A DNA stretch of 15,420 bases from Octopus sinensis. Its lineage: Eukaryota. Position numbers and translations under genes: made by a program. The number at the start of each line of letters is the position of its first letter. The stretch's first letter is position 1. The stretch lies in assembly GCF_006345805.1 (NCBI RefSeq), contig NW_021825505.1, forward strand, positions 1 through 15,420. The letters are read 5' to 3'. Below are positions 8,207 through 15,420 of the stretch, one piece after another. The notes beneath the pieces are model-generated. The model saw only the letters and a program-made list of their open reading frames with translations. It was not told the DNA's origin and searched no databases.

Positions 8207-8457
8207 ATAAGTTATATCAGGCTCGTTATGTTCCATCTTCTTATCCGTTTGAATGGGAAAATCCCACAAAATCTTGCATGCTCCCGACTTACGTACTCTT
8301 TCTTCCCGAAGAGTGTATCATGAACATCTAGCTTCAAACCCCTCCTTCTGTCAAAGCTTCCGGTGTAAAACTTTCACAACTTCATCGTGCCTCTGTTCCT
8401 TATATTCTCCCTGTGCCAGCTTGGGTTATTTTGCAACAACGTATGCCATTATTTCAT
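8207..8457 (-). mobile_element. R4/Dong/NeSL-type non-LTR retrotransposon fragment (zinc-knuckle to RLE region)
   Basis: Minus strand PKLAQGEYKEQRHDEVVKVLHRKL*QKEG...KILWDFPIQTDKKMEHNEPDI, the conserved RHD...LWDF.IQTD...N.PDI block. Confidence 0.85.
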
Positions 8458-8469
8458 TCCAAATACTCC

Positions 8470-8838
8470 TTGGAAGCACTCCGTCGGTTACGACGACGAG
8501 GGTTCCGGTTGATCCGATCAACGGAACAGCCTGCTCGTGAAATTAACGTGTAAGTAGCTGAGCACTCCACAGACACGTGTACCCTGAACGTAATTCTCGG
8601 GGATATTCAGCGTGACACAGAGAGTGACAAAGCCGGCCCTTTGAAATACAGGTACAACAGAAACAGGAAGTAAGAGTGAGAGAAAGTTGTGGTGAAAGAG
8701 TACAGCAGGGATCACCACCATCCCCTGCCGGAGCCTCGTGGAGCTTTAGGTGTTTTCGCTCAATAAACACTCACAACGCCCGGTCTGGGAATCGAAACCG
8801 CGAGTCCGCTACCCTAACCACTGGGCCATTGCGCCTCC
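8470..8838 (-). mobile_element. SINE family B, copy 2, with 12-bp TSD
   Basis: Similar to 3566-3958. TSD TCCAAATACTCC at 8458-8469 and 8839-8850. Confidence 0.9.
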
Positions 8839-8931
8839 TCCAAATACTCCACGTTTTGCTGACCCCTTCTCCATAAACATATTTTCTCAAGTTGTTTTGT
8901 GGCAGCCATTGATCTTCAGCAGCAACAATAA

Positions 8932-9301
8932 AGTGGAGGCGCAATGGCCCAGTGGTTAGGGAAGCGGACTCGCGGTCGGAGAATCGCGGTTTGGATTCCC
9001 AGACTGGGCGTTGTGTGTGTTTATTGAGCGAAAACACCTAAAGCTCCACGAGTCTCCGGCAGGGGGTAGTGGCGACCCCTGTTGTACTCTTTCGCTCCAA
9101 CTTTCTCTCACTCTTTCTTCCTGTTTCTTGTCCCCCGACTTCCTACGCAACCGCTGAGATGGATGCGCATTCATCCATCCGTCGATGCTCTCGGTGTCGG
9201 AGGTTGACCTGCTTTCTCTTATGCGGGTCTTACGAATAGCAAAGGACCACGTTTCGGACTTCTCCCTCTAATGGGACGAAGACCACCTCGCTCAACAGCA
9301 A
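8932..9301 (+). mobile_element. SINE with family-B head/body and a different 3' half, 15-bp TSD
   Basis: 8933-~9128 matches family B, then unrelated sequence to a CAACAGCAA tail. TSD CAGCAGCAACAATAA at 8917-8931 and 9302-9316. Confidence 0.85.
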
Positions 9302-9464
9302 CAGCAGCAACAATAAGGCTTTCTCTTTCTTTTTCATCAACCGGGCCCTGGTTTTTGTTCCATATGCATCCTCCGTGGCTTTCCAAAAGCTAACCATTCA
9401 AAATGTTCTGTCCGATCTGGTTAAATCTCTTTGAATTTCGTTTTTGTTCTTTCTCCTTTTCTAG

Positions 9465-9470
9465 TTTTGA
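9465..9470 (+). CDS. Probable terminal coding exon (Phe + stop), followed by 3' UTR
   Basis: Strong acceptor TTTCGTTTTTGTTCTTTCTCCTTTTCTAG at 9464. Phase-0 join to 7758 gives ...HIVTSA-F-TGA. Confidence 0.5.
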   Translation, partial: F

Positions 9471-9480
9471 TCACCTGTTT

Positions 9481-9543
<63 letters not shown>

Positions 9544-9655
9544 GTCATCATCATCATCATCGTCATCATCATCGTCATCGTCGTCATCATCGTCATCGTC
9601 GTCATCATCGTCATCGTCGTCATCATCGTCATCGTCGTCGTCATCATCATCATCG

Positions 9656-9702
<47 letters not shown>

Positions 9703-9760
9703 GTCATCATCATCATCATCGTCATCATCATCGTCATCGTCGTCATCATCGTCATCGTCG

Positions 9761-9825
<65 letters not shown>

Positions 9826-9919
9826 GTCATCATCATCATCATCGTCATCATCATCGTCATCGTCGTCATCATCGTCATCGTCGTCATCATCGTCATCGTC
9901 GTCATCATCATCATCATCG

Positions 9920-9950
<31 letters not shown>

Positions 9951-9951
9951 C

Positions 9952-9982
<31 letters not shown>

Positions 9983-10078
9983 TCATCGTCATCATCATCA
10001 TCATCGTCATCATCATCGTCATCGTCGTCATCATCGTCATCGTCGTCATCATCGTCATCGTCGTCATCATCATCATCG

Positions 10079-10134
<56 letters not shown>

Positions 10135-10228
10135 GTCATCATCATCATCATCGTCATCATCATCGTCATCGTCGTCATCATCGTCATCGTCGTCATCATC
10201 GTCATCGTCGTCATCATCATCATCATCG

Positions 10229-10282
<54 letters not shown>
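9481..10282. repeat. ~800-bp (ATC/GTC)n trinucleotide array with higher-order structure
   Basis: Direct reading; ORFs 9403, 9431 and 9471 are translations of this repeat. Confidence 0.95.
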
Positions 10283-10283
<1 letters not shown>

Positions 10284-10299
10284 TATTATTATTATTATT

Positions 10300-10760
10300 G
10301 AGTGAGAGAGCAGTTCATGCCATCAAAGTGACACTGGGGTAAAATATACGAAGCCCAGTATACCCATCATGACTACCCGTCTGATAAGGGTACACCAGGC
10401 ACATGCATCACAACCATATGTGCGCGACATGGTGATCTCATATCAAGATAAACAGCACATGACCTTGCAGGTGGGGCCCAGTTAGAATTTTCTTCAGGTT
10501 GAGTAGCCCATCCCGCTCAAAAGGTCCCTGAATAAGGGTTGTTTAAGGATGTTGAAAGAACCACCCATGTTTCCAGAGGTGAACTATTCAAACCCCAAAG
10601 AATTCCTCTGGTTAAGGTCAAACAACTGACAAGCAAATCTGTGGTATTGAGCAGAATATTTGCTGTAGCCCATCTTTTATACCAAGACAAAACAATGTAC
10701 ATGATAACACTTCCAATCAGTTAAGATCAGAAGCCATGAGAGCCTCTGCCTGGTACTGCA

Positions 10761-10762
<2 letters not shown>
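10300..10762 (-). mobile_element. Interspersed repeat, probably a 5'-truncated LINE 3' UTR or SINE, with an (AAT)n tail
   Basis: Non-coding ~460-bp block. On the minus strand it ends CTGCTCTCTCACTC followed by (AAT)n (10282-10299); the other side abuts (ATT)n. Confidence 0.5.
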
Positions 10763-10825
<63 letters not shown>

Positions 10826-10882
10826 ATTATTATTATTATTACTATTATTATTATTATTATTATATATTATTATTATTATTAC

Positions 10883-10939
<57 letters not shown>

Positions 10940-10978
10940 TATTATTATTATTATTATTATTTTACTATTTTATTATTA

Positions 10979-11014
<36 letters not shown>

Positions 11015-11096
11015 TATTATTATTATTATATTATATTATTATTATTATTATTATTATTATTATCATTATTATTATTATTATTTTATTATTATTATT
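10763..11096. repeat. (ATT)n microsatellite with ACT/indel variants
   Basis: Direct reading. Confidence 0.95.
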
Positions 11097-11151
11097 TTGT
11101 CAGCTATAAATCTTCCGGAACTGACTTTTACTTGGATGCTGTGGTACTTAC

Positions 11152-11267
11152 CGTGAATAAACATAACATACGCGGACTATCGACTTTATGGCTGATACCC
11201 AAAGAATATCGCTACTTTCTAAGAATGGAAAACAACCATTCTGAAGACAGAACTTCATTTCGCAGCA
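11152..11267 (-). CDS. Candidate antisense exon, product unknown
   Basis: Minus-strand acceptor TTGAATTTTACAG and donor CACG|GTAAGT flank 116 nt. The phase-0 frame is open: CCEMKFCLQNGCFPFLESSDILWVSAIKSIVRVCYVYS. Confidence 0.35.
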
Positions 11268-11372
11268 CTGTAAAATTCAATTATTTTAAAAACTTTCTCA
11301 AAGAAAATATAAAAAATCTCAAAAAGGAAACTCTTTAAAAGTTTTACACCAAACATCGCAGATAACAAGTTA

Positions 11373-11664
11373 CTATATTTGCTGCTTTATGAGACGCATT
11401 TTATAAATATTTTTATCTGTACCAAAAAACTCTCCTGCGTCTGATGCGACCGTATTACGGACGGGGGACCAAGTGCCGAAGGCCAGACGACCATTAGTCT
11501 GCTTTGTACAATAATTGTTACTGATGACAAAATACGGAAAACAAGCCGAAATATTGCAGTCTCTTGGGATAAATTTACGAAAATTGGTTTTGCTGCTTTG
11601 GTAGTTATGTAGGAAGGTCACGCGTCTAATTGTGCCTCCTTCCTCAGGATACATATTCCAAACC
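11373..11664 (-). CDS. Candidate antisense exon/ORF, product unknown
   Basis: Minus-strand acceptor ATTTCAG| at 11665, then ~97 open codons VWNMYPEEGGTIRRVTFLHNY...DCNISACFPYFVISNNYCTKQTNGRLAFGTWSP. The donor is uncertain (weak GT at 11422). Confidence 0.35.
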
Positions 11665-11667
11665 CTG

Positions 11668-11668
<1 letters not shown>

Positions 11669-11766
<98 letters not shown>

Positions 11767-11790
11767 GTATGTATATATATATATAATATA
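11669..11790. repeat. (TA)n microsatellite
   Basis: Direct reading. Confidence 0.95.
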
Positions 11791-12210
11791 CCTTATCTTA
11801 TTTAATGAGTGTTGTTACATTTGAGAAACGTTTTCTCTTTATTTAAATAAGTGGTTCTCAGCCGGGGTCCATATGGCCCTTGGTGGTGGGGGGTTCACAT
11901 GAGATTTTAAAAAATTTCTGTGGAATAATCTGGTTATATTTCTATAATACACAAAATATTTAAACATTTTTTAATATAATTCCTAATAAAATTAGGAATT
12001 ATATTAAAAAATGTTTAAATATTTTGTGTATTATAGAAATATAACCAGATTATTCCACAGAAATTTTTTAAAATCTCATGTGAACCCCCCACCACCAAGG
12101 GCCATATGGACCCCGGCTGAGAACCACTTATTTAAATAAAGAGAAAACGTTTCTCAAATGTAACAACACTCATTAAATAAGATAAGGTATATTATATATA
12201 TATATACATA
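11768..12210. repeat. Perfect inverted repeat: 220-bp arms, 3-nt spacer
   Basis: 11768-11987 is the exact reverse complement of 11991-12210 by manual comparison; spacer AAA at 11988-11990. Confidence 0.95.
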
Positions 12211-12324
12211 AAAATATAATGGGGGGGTTTTACACATCCATCGAATGGCTATGAGGGTTTCCACCTCTCTGGGTAAAATAAGAATTGAAGGGATCCATAA
12301 GTTAAAAAGGGTTGAGAATCACTG
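11849..12324 (+). mobile_element. hAT-type MITE interrupted by the inverted duplication
   Basis: Left TIR AAGTGGTTCTCAGCC, right TIR GGTTGAGAATCACTG. Degenerate 8-bp TSD ATTTAAAT (11841-11848) / ACCTAAAT (12325-12332). Confidence 0.7.
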
Positions 12325-12387
12325 ACCTAAATTAAAAGAAAATCTTGAAAGATGACGAGAAAAATAAATAAAAAGAAAAATAACAAG

Positions 12388-12471
12388 ACGGCGGTGCGCC
12401 ACCTGCTGGCCAATCGCAGTTGCACAAAACATCACGGCCAGAAAGACGAGTTTTCTATTCTGTATGGTAAG
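12388..12471 (+). promoter_or_regulatory. Small GC-rich promoter-like island with a downstream splice donor
   Basis: GGCGGTGCGCC, E-box CACCTG 12400-12405, CCAAT 12410-12414, ATG|GTAAGT with GT at 12466. Confidence 0.3.
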
Positions 12472-12565
12472 TCTTCTTGACCAAAGTATACAACCAGACT
12501 GAAAGAAGATTAAGTTGAAATTCGGTTCTCCCATAAAGCAGTGTGTTTTTGACAAGTTTATGGTT

Positions 12566-12766
12566 TCGTACTTTTTTCCAGTATATTGTCACTGCATTAC
12601 ATTTTATTGCTCAGAATTCTATATTTCGCCCCCGACAAAACCACTTTAAAATGGTCTTCAATATATGTGTGATAAAACATACTAATTTGTCTTTCCACAA
12701 AATGTTTTTGTAAAACAGTAGTGCGTCTTAAGCGAGGAAGCGCTTTGTGTTCCGGCAAATACGGTA
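12566..12766. mobile_element. Degenerate Tc2/pogo-like MITE
   Basis: Right end GCGTCTTA...CCGGCAAATACGG-TA resembles the reverse of a CCGTATTT.CCGG...TAAGACGC TIR. The left end is only loosely similar. Confidence 0.4.
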
Positions 12767-13384
12767 ACTATTTATTTACCGAGGAATAAGAAGCCAAGGT
12801 CGTGACTCTTGCAGAAGTCCGACTGAGAAATGTTGAGTGTATTTTAAATTAAATACTATTTTTTAAAAGAAAAACGGTCTACCTTTATTTCATTTGTTTC
12901 GCAAACAATTGCAACAGTGTCAGCATATTTTTAGCAATGGTAAGAACTGTGTGAAGTTAACAGTCTGATTAGAATTTCGTAGCATTGTGAAATTTAGCAA
13001 AGATTTTCTATGCAAGAATTGTTGTAAATGTTTCAGTCGTGGTAATATTGCTATGTCCAAGTTTATTTTCTGAATATCTGTCCCTGCATTAACATAAGAG
13101 GTGAGTTAAAGGTCAGTAATTCAATCAACGGAATTTATTTTATAATGATTAAGATATTTAAGAGGAGACGATCAGGAGTGAATCCAATTTACGAAGTTAG
13201 TTTATGTAAGCATAAAGCTCTTGCATTTTCCTATTATATAGAGTGTTGGCTGAGAACTATAGATGTATACTTTGTGTGTACACAAATAAATACATATACA
13301 TCCATCTCTGCATACACACTTATACATACATACACACTTATAAGTATCAACATACATACATACATTCATACATACATACGATGT

Positions 13385-14108
13385 AGCTGGGACACTCTAT
13401 AATGAAATCCGTCGGAAGGATAATCTCGAGGACAATGAAATAAGAACCCACAATATGGTAGAAGCCATAGCTACTCATAATAAAAAGGAATACTAGTGGA
13501 ATGTACCAGTGAAGAACTCAAAAAATGTAAGTACAACAGACCTGATATAATGATTTGGGATTGAGAAGAGAAACTGTGCGCAGTTGTGGAAATTAGCTGC
13601 CCAGCAGATGTTAACATAAAGCTGAAGGTCAGTGAAAAAGAGAATACCTACGATGAACTATTGAGAAATCTGCAGTTATTCTATCCAGATTACAAGTTCA
13701 GGTATATACCTGTAATTATTGGGGCCCTGGGATATGTAACACATTGCCTAAATAGCAATCTTGAGAAATTAGGCTTCTCAAAATCAAAACTGGAGAAAGC
13801 TAATTCGAAGACGACAGATCCAATCCATCACTGACACTGTAAAAGTCTGTAAAACTTTCCAGAAGTTTATCATTTAAAATATCTATGAACATGTCTAGAT
13901 ATGAAACTGAATGTATGAGAATACATGTATGGAAAAACATACAAATCTACATACATACATACATACATACATACATACTACATACATACTACATACAAAC
14001 AAAAATACCCTGCTGTTGATGTTGAAATTCCAATGAAGGAACCTTGGACCTGGGTTAGAAACCGGTTTTCTCCAGTAGCAAGAAATCTTGAAACAAACTG
14101 AACAATGA
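13385..14108 (+). mobile_element. 5'-truncated RLE-type (R4/Dong-like) LINE: endonuclease C-terminus plus 3' UTR, flanked by (CATA)n
   Basis: NRPDIMIWD*EEKLCAVVEISCPADVNIKLKVSEKENTYDELLRNLQLFYPDYKFRYIPVIIGALG (PD..D/E..K RLE motif, PD at 13541). Frameshifted end with TAA 13875-13877; internal (TACA)n at ~13940-13998. Confidence 0.85.
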
Positions 14109-14193
14109 CATACATATATGTGAAGGCACGTAGCTTACTCATTATTGTATTCATGTTGCTCCAATCCACTGAGCTGGAAAAAGTAGATTGTAT

Positions 14194-14338
14194 CTGTATT
14201 CCAAAGGATCCGGGTTTGTCACATTCTGTGTCACGCTGAAATTCCCTGAGAACTACGTTATAAGAGTACACGTGTCTGTGGAGTACTCAGCCACTTGCAC
14301 GTTAATTTCATGAGCAGGGACTCTCGTCGCCGTAAGTG
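14194..14338 (+). mobile_element. SINE family B, 3' fragment
   Basis: TGTGTCACGCTGAA...GAGAACTACGTTA...ACACGTGTCTGTGGAGT.CTCAGCCACTTGCACGTTAATTTCA matches the sense strand of copies B1/B2. Confidence 0.85.
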
Positions 14339-14349
14339 ACCACAATCAG

Positions 14350-14608
14350 TTTTCGATGCACCAGGACGGGCAGATGCTACCCAGTTCTGAGATGTGTGTG
14401 ACCTTCCAGAAGCACTTCACATGGCTGTTTGAGTTGGACAAAGGGTCAACAACAGTAGTGGACTTTATTTTGTACCTGGACAGCCTGCCTCGGCACTTAG
14501 CAGAAGACACAAGGTTCTACAAAATTCTGTGGAAATATGGAAGGCAATGGATGGTTTGCCCTATGAATTCTATGAGTTCGTGTTAGATTTGTTCGGCAGC
14601 CTTGTGAC
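14350..14608 (+). mobile_element. L1/Tx1-clade LINE ORF2 fragment (linker to RT N-terminus)
   Basis: FQKHFTWLF...VDFILYLDSLPR and EIWKAM-DGLPYEFYEFVLDLFG resemble the SPG.DGLP.EFY..F.D..G motif. Confidence 0.7.
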
Positions 14609-14631
14609 ACACATATGTGTATATTTCTGCA

Positions 14632-14650
14632 TGTGTGTGTGTGTGTATGT

Positions 14651-14696
<46 letters not shown>
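14632..14696. repeat. (TG)n microsatellite
   Basis: Direct reading. Confidence 0.95.
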
Positions 14697-14699
<3 letters not shown>

Positions 14700-14949
14700 C
14701 TCCGGCCCCAAAAAGAACTGTTGCCAAAACAGGGTAACAGGATATTCAGCCATGTCAAATCATCAGGCTCTATACATCTGCATCTGATTGTCTCCGGGTT
14801 CCAAGCACGAAAATATTTTCCCTCAGCCTGGAGATATTTTCCAGGAAGATTACAAACAGACAACATCACTTGTATAACGATAGTATCTAGTTTACACTTA
14901 GCTCGCAATGTCAAGAGAAAATGACAGAACCAACACACACACATGTATG

Positions 14950-15052
14950 ATGAGCTTCTTTTCGGTTTCCGTTTAGCAGGTCTACTGACAAGAGCTCGGT
15001 CAGCCCAGGGCTAGAGTAGAAGACAGTGAGGCATCACACAGCCACACCTGCA
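14950..15052 (-). mobile_element. SINE family A, degenerate internally deleted fragment
   Basis: AGCTTCTTTTCGGTTTCCG...GGGCTAGAGTAGAAGACA...CACACAGCCACACCTGC aligns to 1091-1250 with a gap. Confidence 0.7.
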
Positions 15053-15364
15053 CGATGATGATGATGATACTTTGAAATGGTCTGGGAAGACTTCCAAGAT
15101 TGATGGCCAGACACAAGAAGAGGAACCTACGAATCATGAGTTGCAGTCCACCTTTATATTGAATTCTTCTCAGACCAAACACTGGTTTCGAATATGTGCA
15201 ACAGGGCATCCTTTGCTAATGCTACCCAAAGACCAACAGACAGATTATGTCTCCCAGCCATATCAAAGTACAGCCACAATCTTTCCAACAAGCTTCAACA
15301 CAGTTTCCATTTTACAAGGCTTGAACTGACTTTAATTCATGATAGAAGACGTGATGAGGTGCAG

Positions 15365-15420
15365 GGTTAGCAGGATTGAACTCAGGACCTCGTGATTACA
15401 AAGCAATATTTTTAACCCAC
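15365..15420 (-). mobile_element. Degenerate tRNA-SINE head at the window edge
   Basis: GGATTGAACTCAGGACCTCGTGATTACAAAGC...TAACCCAC is the reverse complement of a B-box-containing tRNA-like head. Confidence 0.4.

Noticed and set aside
9403-10342. Long poly-I, poly-S and poly-M ORFs
   Set aside because: They are translations of the ATC/GTC repeat, which lacks stops in those frames.
10736-11338. 200-aa ORF and + strand acceptor at 11103
   Set aside because: Mostly (ATT)n. The unique part would start in phase 2, incompatible with the phase-0 donor at 7759, and has no convincing donor.
14696-15329. ORFs 14696-14944 (-) and 15072-15329 (+)
   Set aside because: No recognisable domains or supporting splice structure, and both abut repeats.
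1-15420. CRISPR array, true tRNA genes or a prokaryotic operon
   Set aside because: No repeat-spacer array. The tRNA-like segments are SINE heads without full cloverleafs, and the sequence is spliceosomal eukaryotic DNA.

Overview
AT-rich, microsatellite- and transposon-dense animal genomic DNA. The SINE families resemble, from memory, those of Octopus; this was not checked by search. Almost all ORFs in the supplied track are microsatellite or repeat artefacts. Reading splice signals directly gives a + strand multi-exon gene that the track misses: signal-peptide exon 1378-1508, TM exon 4061-4150, cytoplasmic exon 7617-7758 and a probable terminal exon at 9465-9470. These join in frame into a ~122-aa glycosylated single-pass membrane protein. 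The intron after the signal-peptide exon holds two decayed Ig-like exons with mostly matching phase-2 boundaries, suggesting a receptor that lost its Ig ectodomain. The rest is three tRNA-SINE families, LINE fragments (RTE, R4/Dong-type RLE, Tx1/L1), Helitron, Tc1/mariner and hAT relics, and a hammerhead-like Penelope-type motif. There is also a hierarchical 800-bp ATC/GTC array, a perfect 220-bp-arm palindrome and candidate antisense exons.
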